In this document: in pieces, positions 48,220 to 55,738 of the stretch
How the letters are laid out: every line of letters starts with the position of its first letter
How positions within the stretch are numbered: the first letter of the stretch is position 1
Source: an uncultured Mollicutes bacterium
GTDB taxonomy: Bacteria; Bacillota_I; Bacilli_A; RF39; UBA660
Reading direction: 5' to 3'
NCBI GenBank assembly: GCA_900550145.1
Contig: URRF01000003.1
Coordinates: 1,973 to 65,972, forward strand
Length of the DNA: 64,000 nucleotides
Notes under the pieces: model-generated
What the model was told of the DNA's origin: nothing
What the model saw: only the letters and a program-made list of their open reading frames with translations
The model's database searches: none
Made by a program: the position numbers and the translations under genes

Positions 48220-48326
48220 TTTTTCTTATAATTTTTATTAATTTTTTATTAAAAATTGTAAAAAGAAATTTAATTAAAAGCCTTATAAAATAAGAGTTTT
48301 AATTAGAGTTTATATAAGTCGTTCTT

Positions 48327-48429
48327 TACCAGTTGATACTCGTTGATGGTAAACTTTTTGTATCCGCGTTCATTTTTTTATTTTTTCTCATTTCTCTTTT
48401 TTGATACATATCCATTATTTATCACTTTC
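48327..48429 (-). repeat. att copy 2 (orphan rbgA 5' segment)
   Basis: Above 90% identical to copy 1 by eye. Encodes MDMYQKREMRKNKKMNADTKSLPSTSINW then TAA. Homology ends at TGGTA. Confidence 0.85.
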
Positions 48430-48435
48430 TTTTAA

Positions 48436-49068
48436 TTATTTCATAAACTTATTTCCATAACTTTTATCAATAAAATTAACATACTCATCTTTATATTTTT
48501 CAAGCGATTCGTCTACATTAATCCAATATACACTTGTTAGTATTCCATCATATGGATCAATTTCAGTTCTTTCTAGCTTTCCGCCTAACGCTTCCATGGT
48601 TTTACTTGAACCTAAATTTTCCACGTCACAATCTAACATCACTTTATCCAGTCCAATCTTTTTTGCTTCAATCAATCCAAGATATAAATTTATCTTATTA
48701 TATCCTCTTCTTCTTTCAGTAGGTCTTATTCCATAACCAATATTTCCACCAAATTGTTTCATTTCTTCTGTCAAATTCCACCTAACGTTGATTGTACCCA
48801 CAATTTTGTTATCATTTTTTCTAATAAGTAAAAAAGTCTTTCCCTGGCATCTTCCATTTTTTTCTGCATATTCTCTGTTTTCCATATTCAAACATCTTTC
48901 TAAAGCCTGTTCAAAAGTATATCCTTCTAATATTTTATCCAACGATCCAGTTCCATTAATGTCTGATTTATATTCTACAAATTCATTTATATAATTTATT
49001 ATTTCTTTCTTACGTTCTAAAGATGGCGTTTCTAAATAAAATATTTCCATTAAATTATTATTATTCAT
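48436..49068 (-). CDS. GNAT-family acetyltransferase
   Basis: IGYGIRPTERRRGYNKINL (motif A-like) and a beta-bulge region; 210 aa. Confidence 0.65.
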   Translation of the reverse strand: MNNNNLMEIFYLETPSLERKKEIINYINEFVEYKSDINGTGSLDKILEGYTFEQALERCLNMENREYAEKNGRCQGKTFLLIRKNDNKIVGTINVRWNLTEEMKQFGGNIGYGIRPTERRRGYNKINLYLGLIEAKKIGLDKVMLDCDVENLGSSKTMEALGGKLERTEIDPYDGILTSVYWINVDESLEKYKDEYVNFIDKSYGNKFMK

Positions 49069-49116
49069 AATAAATACCTCCTTTTATTTTTTACAATAAT
49101 TGCATTTAAAAATTTT

Positions 49117-49958
49117 TCATTTCATTTTTTCTAGTTTCTTTTTATCTTTATTTTCTATTTGTTTCTTTTGTCTTTCAAGTTCTTTCAAACTCTTTTTAGG
49201 TGTTGGTATTTCTTCAGGCATCATTCCACCAATATCTGCAATTGCTTTCCTAACTTTTTTACCTACCTCATAATGTACATCTTTTGCTTCTTTCTCACCT
49301 TGTACATTGTCTTTTAAAAGTTTTTGTTTTGTTTGATTTATTCTAAATAAATTAGCAACTAATTCATCTTCATTCATATTATCTAAAATATCTTCTCTAT
49401 AGCGTAATTTTTTTCTTTTAAAAATATCATCAACTGTTTCAACATTATATAAACCTTTATACCCTGCATTATGAAACTCAGCCATATTTTTAACACCTGC
49501 TGCAGAGGCAACTCTTTGCAAAGTATAATTACCTTGCTTTGATAAAATCTTTTTTCGTCATCTGATAATGAATCATATTCCTGTTCTGTTATTTCTTGTT
49601 TTCTTGTTTGTATAGCAAAATAGGTTTGTCCTAAGGCAACAACTTCTTTGCTTGGTTCTGCATTTTGCACTATCAAATAACATATATATCTTGAAAGTTT
49701 ATAATCTTTAATAATCTCTTCTTTTCCTTTACCAGTTTTTATTGGCTTGTTGAAATCAACAAGCCAATCTTCTTCGCTTGAAACGCTATTATTTACTGAT
49801 AAAACTGCTTTTTCTATTACTTTTTGAAAATTTCTCCAATCCTTGTATTCCAATACTTTTTGTAATTCACGTGCATACCAATATTCATTTTCATAATCAT
49901 CTATATGTTTAATATTCTCAAAAATATTGTTAGTATATCTATCTCCAATTTTCTTCAT
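49117..49958 (-). pseudogene. dinD: DinD-like (DNA-damage-inducible protein D) gene split by one frameshift
   Basis: Two overlapping ORFs (49383-49958 and 49117-49521) together give a DinD-like sequence (KHIDDYENEYWYARELQKVLEY...KLSRYICYLIVQN...). The frame changes near 49520-49560. Confidence 0.65.
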
Positions 49959-50123
49959 TATTACCTCTTATTTATTGATTCATACAAAAATTTTCCATAA
50001 GTCGTTATTACCTCTATTTTATTTAAAATAATTATCATTTTTCAGTTATAAAATGCAAAAAGAAATAAAATTGAAATTCTTTATTTATAAGCCTTCATGG
50101 GAAGTTTTCCATAATTCGGTTTA

Positions 50124-50225
50124 TACCACGAAATGGAAACTTTTGAAAAACTTTCTTGATTGTCATTATTTTTCTTTTCTTGTCTCATTTTTCTCTTTTG
50201 ATACATATCCATTTTAATCACTTCC
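50124..50225 (-). repeat. att copy 3 (divergent orphan rbgA 5' segment)
   Basis: GGAAGTGATTAAAATGGATATGTATCAAAAG... encodes MDMYQKRKMRQEKKNNDNQESFSKVSISW-YKPNYGKLPMKAYK*. It shares the RBS, the MDMYQKR start and the ...TGGTA end. Confidence 0.7.
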
Positions 50226-50727
50226 TTTTTAATTTTTTACCATAATATTCAACATCAATTTCTGTTCCATCTGGATATACTTCTTTAGAATTTTTAATAT
50301 GTTCTACAAATCCATAATGTTTATATATCTCTTTGTTTCTTATTTCTTCTAGTTCTACTCCTAATGTTAATACAGTATAACCTTTATTTTTTAAATCTTC
50401 TTCCATAAATTTATACAATATAGAAAAATATCCTTTTCCTTTGTATTCTTTGTTAGTTCTAAAAGCAGTCAAGTATGCAGTTGTATTATCTACTAATTTA
50501 TTACTATTTTGAACAATATCACTAGTTAATACAGCAGTGGCCTCACATATTATTTGGTCATTAATTATTCCATAGTAAGGAATAATTTTACCATTTTTAT
50601 AATTTTTAATGTTTTGTTCTTTCCAAATAATCCAATTTCCTTTTTTGGTTGCCACCGATATTTCATAATCCCATTTTTTATTCATTTCTTCAATAGTAGC
50701 AATTTTACATATATAGTTTTTCATCAC
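50218..50727 (-). CDS. GNAT-family acetyltransferase
   Basis: FRTNKEYKGKGYFSILYKFME (Q/RxxGxG/A-like) and C-terminal YKHYGF. The stop lies inside the RBS of att copy 3. Confidence 0.7.
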   Translation of the reverse strand: MMKNYICKIATIEEMNKKWDYEISVATKKGNWIIWKEQNIKNYKNGKIIPYYGIINDQIICEATAVLTSDIVQNSNKLVDNTTAYLTAFRTNKEYKGKGYFSILYKFMEEDLKNKGYTVLTLGVELEEIRNKEIYKHYGFVEHIKNSKEVYPDGTEIDVEYYGKKLKRK

Positions 50728-50758
50728 TTTTACCTCCCTGCACTATCAAATGGATTCA

Positions 50759-51799
50759 TCATTTTTTCTCTTTATTTTCACTTAAATATTTATTATAAAA
50801 TTCATCCATTGAAGAAATGTATTTTTGATCTTGTATAACTCTAAATTTTTCATATTCTTTTTCTGCTTTTTCTACTGCTTCTTTATGAGATATACTGCCA
50901 CTATTATTTAATACTTCTTTTCTTCTAAACTTTAATAAATCATCAGTTGCATTTATCCAATCCTTCATTGTCATAACATGTCTTTGTTTTGCTTCATCTT
51001 CAGCAAATACTAAAAACATATTTGTTAAATCTTTTAAATTATTCATTTCTTCTTCGTTTAAATAATTTTTTGCAATAACTACATCATATTTATATATTAA
51101 ACCATCAGGAGAATTTTTCCAATTAGTTAGTCCCATATGTTCTTTATCTGAGTTTGCTCTACTATATATTAATTCGGCAGCAGTATGTCCACTTATAGCA
51201 TAATGCAACTTATTTTGAACTATTTTAAAGAAAGTATAAGCTTCTTCTGACTTAGGATTGTAATCCGTTGCTGTTGCAATAAATAAATCAGTGATTTTTT
51301 GGTATGCCATTCTTTCACTTACTCTGATTGTTTTGATTCGTTCTAATAATTCATCAAAATATTTTGCATCATATTTATTTCCATTTATAAAACGTTCATC
51401 ATTTAATACAAATCCTTTAATCATATATTCTTTTAAAACTTTTGTTGCCCATATTCTAAATTCAGTCGCTTTTTTAGAATTAATTCTATATCCCACAGCA
51501 ATTATAGCATCAAGGCTATAAACTTCAGTATTATAATTTTTTTCGTCAGGTGCAGTTATTTCCATTTTGGAAACAACTGAATTTTTATCTAATTCGTTTT
51601 CTGCAAATATATTTTTTAAATGTTTTGATATTGCTGGTACACCAACATTGAAAACTTTCGACATACCTTTTTGTGATAGCCATAAAGTTTCATCTTTATA
51701 AATAGCATCTACTATAATGTTACCTTCACTATTTTTATATATAATTAGTTTATTATCTTCCATCAATACTCTCCTTTCCTTTAGTTTTTCATAAGTCAT
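50759..51799 (-). CDS. rhuM: RhuM-family protein (copy 2)
   Basis: IIAVGYRINSKKATEFRIWATKVLKEYMIKG signature; colinear with copy 1. Confidence 0.75.
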   Translation of the reverse strand: MTYEKLKERRVLMEDNKLIIYKNSEGNIIVDAIYKDETLWLSQKGMSKVFNVGVPAISKHLKNIFAENELDKNSVVSKMEITAPDEKNYNTEVYSLDAIIAVGYRINSKKATEFRIWATKVLKEYMIKGFVLNDERFINGNKYDAKYFDELLERIKTIRVSERMAYQKITDLFIATATDYNPKSEEAYTFFKIVQNKLHYAISGHTAAELIYSRANSDKEHMGLTNWKNSPDGLIYKYDVVIAKNYLNEEEMNNLKDLTNMFLVFAEDEAKQRHVMTMKDWINATDDLLKFRRKEVLNNSGSISHKEAVEKAEKEYEKFRVIQDQKYISSMDEFYNKYLSENKEKK

Positions 51800-51916
51800 A
51801 CAACTATCAATTTAAGTTAAAATTTTATTAAAAAATGTCCCAAAATGTAAAAAGCATTTAGTAAAAATTTCTTTTATTTTCAAGTATTCAAGTGTATTTT
51901 TTCATAATTCTCCACT

Positions 51917-51976
51917 TACCAATTGATACTCGTAGATGGTAAACTTTTTTCTTTTTTATCCATTATTTTCACTTCC
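51917..51976 (-). repeat. att copy 4 (short orphan rbgA 5' segment)
   Basis: GGAAGTGAAAATAATGGATAAAAAAGAAAAAAGTTTACCATCTACGAGTATCAATTGGTAA encodes MDKKEKSLPSTSINW*. Confidence 0.8.
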
Positions 51977-52009
51977 TTTTTTAGAGAACCTTTTTTACAC
52001 TTTTTACAA

Positions 52010-52417
52010 CTATTTTTTATAATAATTTAGTTCTTCTAATTCTTTTATATTTTCTTTAACCCATGGGTTACCTGCAACCATTTTATTTATTTTTAATGAT
52101 ACCTTCATTTCATTAGTTGTAATATTCATAGTATTCTCAAGTAAAATACCTTTTTTCATTTCAAATTTTGTAATATTTTTCCATTCTATTAAACAACAAT
52201 CTAATATATTCCAGTTGCCTTCTACTGGAAAAACATGAATTCCTTTTTCATCAAAACCAAATAAGTATGATGTTGCTCTTTCTGATGCAATTACGATTAC
52301 TGGTCCAGCCGGTAAAATCCATTTTACTTTATATGTACTATGTCCCGGTACAATATTATTTTTATAACTAAAATTCCTTTTATTTAATTCTGCTTTTACT
52401 TTTTCTAAATTAAGCAT
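52010..52417 (-). CDS. 135-aa hypothetical protein
   Basis: ORF with an SD. No motif recognised; a bacterial PH-like fold is only a guess. Confidence 0.35.
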   Translation of the reverse strand: MLNLEKVKAELNKRNFSYKNNIVPGHSTYKVKWILPAGPVIVIASERATSYLFGFDEKGIHVFPVEGNWNILDCCLIEWKNITKFEMKKGILLENTMNITTNEMKVSLKINKMVAGNPWVKENIKELEELNYYKK

Positions 52418-52441
52418 ATTTCTAATCTTCCTTTCATTTCA

Positions 52442-53467
52442 TTATTTATTTGTTTCTTCTATTAATAAATCAAAATCTGATTTATATAATTTATCTTGTT
52501 TAACTCTATATTTTTCAAATTCTGTTAATGCTTTATCACAAGCTATTTCATGTGAGATTTTTCCAGCATCTTTTAATATATCCCTATCATCTGCAAGCAA
52601 AAACTTATCTATTCTAGATGACCAGTCTTCCATCGTCATTGGAATATGTCTTCTCGCCCTATTTTCAGCAATTTCTAAAAATGCACTAACAATTCCTTCT
52701 AAATCTCTTAACTCTTCTTTATTTAAATAATTCTTAGCAATTATTACATCTGATTCCATAATTTTACCATTAGGACTATTTTTCCATGAAGTCAAACCCA
52801 TATGTTCTTTTTCTGAATTAACCCTATTATATATAAGTTCTGCTGCCGTTTGTTTTGATACAGCAAAGTGCATTTTATTTTGAACCCTTTTAAAGAAATT
52901 GATTGATATAGGAGATTTAGGATCATAATCTATACTTGTAGCATAAATGTCAGTTACTTTTTGATAAAATCTTCTTTCAGATAATCTAATTTCTCGGATT
53001 TCTTCTAATAACTTTTCAAAATAATCTTTATCAATAAATGAACCATTTTTCATTCTTTCTTTATCTAATACATATCCTTGAATTGTAAATGTTTTAAGTA
53101 TATTTGTTGCCCATCTTCTAAATTGTGTCGCTCTTAATGAATTTACTCTATATCCAACTGATATTATTGCATCTAAATTGTAAAATTCAACATTTCTCTT
53201 AACACTTCTGTGTCCCTCTTTTTGAACTAATTCCATTTTGGAATAAGTTGAATCTTTATCTAACTCCTTTTCATTATAGATATTAATTAAATGCTTTGCT
53301 ATGGCCGGTTGTTCTACATTAAATAATTCCGACATAGCTTTTTGAGTCATCCATAAAGTTTCATTTTCATATCTTACTTGTATGCCTTTGTCTTTTTCTT
53401 GAAGTTTGAATGTTATAAATTCTTCAGTGCTACTTCTTACAATTAAATCTTTTGTCAATTTTATCAT
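52442..53467 (-). CDS. rhuM: RhuM-family protein (copy 3, divergent N-terminus)
   Basis: IISVGYRVNSLRATQFRRWATNILKTFTIQG signature. Confidence 0.75.
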   Translation of the reverse strand: MIKLTKDLIVRSSTEEFITFKLQEKDKGIQVRYENETLWMTQKAMSELFNVEQPAIAKHLINIYNEKELDKDSTYSKMELVQKEGHRSVKRNVEFYNLDAIISVGYRVNSLRATQFRRWATNILKTFTIQGYVLDKERMKNGSFIDKDYFEKLLEEIREIRLSERRFYQKVTDIYATSIDYDPKSPISINFFKRVQNKMHFAVSKQTAAELIYNRVNSEKEHMGLTSWKNSPNGKIMESDVIIAKNYLNKEELRDLEGIVSAFLEIAENRARRHIPMTMEDWSSRIDKFLLADDRDILKDAGKISHEIACDKALTEFEKYRVKQDKLYKSDFDLLIEETNK

Positions 53468-53504
53468 CTCCTATATCTAAAATCTTAGTTTTTCATGAGT
53501 TAGT

Positions 53505-53561
53505 ATATCCCAATTTATATTGGTTTTATTTATATTTTTATTATCCATTATTTTCAACTTC
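53505..53561 (-). repeat. att copy 5 (most degenerate)
   Basis: GAAGTTGAAAATAATGGATAATAAA...ATAAATTGG. The first 21 nt match copy 4 at 20/21 with one indel. Encodes MDNKNINKTNINW... and overlaps the 3' end of the 135-aa ORF. Confidence 0.5.
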
Positions 53562-53948
53562 TTGCTTAAGCATTTCCCAACTTTTAAAATATATACATTC
53601 ATTTTTATCATTAAACATTATCTGATAAATTCCATCATAAACATCGTTATTTTGTTCTAGATACCAATTAGCTATCACAGTATTTCCATCTATTGCTAAT
53701 ACATTTATTTCTATATTATGTATTTCTTCATTTTTAACATGATACCATTCTTCCTTTATTTCTTCGATAGTCAAAAACGGTTTTATAAAAGGCGTTTCTT
53801 GATAAAATTTTGTGTTAGTAAATAAACTACACACACCATCTATATTTTTCTCAAGCCAGTATTTTTTTAATTTGTATATCCATTTTTCAGCAAATTCTCG
53901 TTTAATCATTTTTCCAAATATTTTAAAATTTATTCTTTGTCTTTTCAA
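53541..53948 (-). CDS. 135-aa hypothetical protein (NTF2/SnoaL-like by pattern only)
   Basis: ORF whose last codons (EVENNG*) are the RBS/ATG region of att copy 5. Confidence 0.35.
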   Translation of the reverse strand: MKRQRINFKIFGKMIKREFAEKWIYKLKKYWLEKNIDGVCSLFTNTKFYQETPFIKPFLTIEEIKEEWYHVKNEEIHNIEINVLAIDGNTVIANWYLEQNNDVYDGIYQIMFNDKNECIYFKSWEMLKQEVENNG

Positions 53949-53962
53949 AGATTATATCAAAA

Positions 53963-54082
53963 TTATATATTTTTAAAATTAATATCATTATTTATTAACA
54001 TTACACTAACCTTAATATCATTGTTTGAATCCTTATATATTAAAAAGTCATGATTAGTTATTTGCCGGCTTTTATTGTCCAT
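53963..54082 (-). pseudogene. N-terminal relic of a rhuM copy-1-type gene
   Basis: About 110 bp is near-identical to 46146-46270, covering the first about 30 codons (MDNKSRQITNHDFLIYKDSNNDIKVSVMLI...) and the upstream region. Homology is then lost. Confidence 0.8.
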
Positions 54083-54085
54083 TTG

Positions 54086-54346
54086 TTATTTTTCTTTCTT
54101 TTGAACTGTTCTAAATTTTCGAATAGTTGATTCTTCTTTTAATTCATTATCATTATATATTTTTTTAATATGATAATTTATTGTATTTATTTCTACACTA
54201 TAGAGAGTTGATAACATTTTTTGAATAAGCTAAATATTTTCATGTTCATATCTTACTTCAATTGTTTCTTTATCAGTTCCGATTGCTGCAATATAAGTTA
54301 GATATTCAGCAGCACTTGATCTAATCGTAATACTATTTTTTTTCAT
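54086..54346 (-). pseudogene. Truncated rhuM copy-3-type N-terminal fragment with an in-frame stop
   Basis: MKKNSITIRSSAAEYLTYIA...VRYEHENI*LIQKML...INYHIKKIYNDNEL. A TAG sits where the paralogues have W, and the fragment ends after about 85 codons. Confidence 0.7.
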
Positions 54347-54516
54347 AAAATGACCTCCTCGTATAATATAGTTAAGATATTTTTTAACTATATTTTCTTA
54401 TTTAGATTTTTGTAGAGATAGAGTGGTTTTAGTGGCCTCCTTGAACATTTGGTTCTTAAGAAAGACTAAAGCCTCTTCTTTACAAAATGGATATTGGTTT
54501 TATTTCTTTTATATCA

Positions 54517-55038
54517 TTACTCTCTTTCTAAATTTTTTCTTTTGCTTAGTGAGAATATTTCAGTGCTTTTTTCATTATATAATTTGTCTGCCAATATTAT
54601 TGATTGCTTTAACAATTCTTCTAAGTTATCTATCGGAATCTTCTCATAATCTTCTTGATATAACCAATCTAAATAATTTGTTTTTTAGCATCAGTTAGTC
54701 TGCCATATATTATTTTACCAGAATGTAGCCAATATCCAAATTCTACATTCACAGCAAAAGCGGGTATATCAGGTAAACTTCTAGGAATCCAAAACATAAT
54801 AACTGTAGAATTTGTTAATGCTCCTCTTTCACACATTGCTCGATCTACATAATCTGCTTTTAGTTTCTAGGTTGAGTATTCAGAAACTTTAACTACGCCA
54901 TCAAATCCTAACTCACTTAACCTTTTACAAGCAGTAGTTCTCTGTGATTCTGTATTTCTATCTCTTGAGGTCGAACCGGCCAAAAATATAGATTTTTTAT
55001 TTTTTTATAACGGCTTGATCTGAATAATTAATAATCAT
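54517..55038 (-). pseudogene. Decayed nucleoside 2-deoxyribosyltransferase-like (Nuc_deoxyri_tr2-type) gene
   Basis: SIFLAGSTSRD...VIMFWIPRSLPDIPAFAVNVEFGYW...NYLDWLYQE, readable only across two frameshifts (near 55000 and 54695, both at A-runs) and one TAG (near 54869). Confidence 0.55.
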
Positions 55039-55118
55039 AATATCATTATCATCTCTCTAATAATATATCTTGAAAGTTTATGTTCCTATATATTTATTTG
55101 AACATTACTATTTTTTTT

Positions 55119-55146
55119 AACAACTTGTTGACCTCAACGAGTTGTT
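55119..55146. repeat. 28-bp near-perfect palindrome
   Basis: AACAACTtGTTGAccTCAACgAGTTGTT. No flanking T-run in a terminator configuration. Confidence 0.6.
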
Positions 55147-55210
55147 CATTAACATCAAACCCAGAATTTTATATCCTTTTGTCTTTATTTAGGAGATGAT
55201 TGTATGCTTT

Positions 55211-55502
55211 TCAATCATCAGCAGTTAACGAGCATTTCTCGGTAACTGATTTTTTATCCAATTCATTACAACATTCCTTTTGTGAAAGCCATAATATTTC
55301 ATCTTTATATATAGTGTCTATTAAATAACAAGCATATCTAGATAATTTGACATCCATAATATTTCTTGCTGATTTTAAACCTACTTTTATATTCTAATGC
55401 CATTATTAGTTCTCTTGCTAACTAAAATTCATTGCCATAATCATCAATGTGTTTTATACCTTCAAGGATACTATTAATATTTTTAGTTTCTATTTTCTAC
55501 AT
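55211..55502 (-). pseudogene. Mosaic relic: dinD-like N-terminus fused to a rhuM-like fragment
   Basis: M*KIETKNINSILEGIKHIDDYGNEF*LARELIMALEYK (dinD-like, two stops), then KLSRYACYLI joined to DTIYKDEILWLSQKE (rhuM copy-2-like). Confidence 0.6.
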
Positions 55503-55711
55503 TATTACCCCCTATTACTCTTTTTTTATCAGTTTTTTATTACCTAATATAGAGTTCATTATTTCGTTAAATCTTTTTATAAATATCTTACTATTTTTCA
55601 ATATTTCAAGTTATTAGATATGACTAAATAATCCTGCAGAAATTACAATTTAATTATAATATACATGGTAACATAATGTCAACTTCTTGGTAAGATTATT
55701 ACCAAAGAAAA

Positions 55712-55733
55712 AAGCATAACAAATATTATGCTT
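55712..55733 (-). terminator. Terminator of the serpin-like gene
   Basis: AAGCATAA/TTATGCTT stem followed by a minus-strand T-run. A second hairpin lies at 55687-55705. Confidence 0.65.
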
Positions 55734-55738
55734 TTATA

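Larger units (their letters stand above)
45136..53561 (-). mobile_element. Tandem array of small integrated islands at the 5' end of rbgA, delimited by five copies of the rbgA RBS and first codons
   Basis: Five co-oriented repeat copies (listed as separate features), one large serine recombinase, and all cargo genes co-oriented with rbgA. Confidence 0.75.

Noticed and set aside
49500-49570. Programmed ribosomal frameshift in the dinD-like gene.
   Set aside because: There is no slippery-heptamer and structure context. A homopolymer indel, whether mutation or sequencing error, is the simpler explanation, and a second decayed dinD copy shows this family is degenerating here.
55675-55707. TCAACTTCTTGGTAAG, resembling the rbgA att core ATCAACTGGTAAG; considered as a sixth att copy.
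   Set aside because: It has the opposite orientation and a 2-nt insertion, lacks the RBS/ATGGAT part, and forms a hairpin (TTGGTAA/TTACCAA) next to the serpin terminator.
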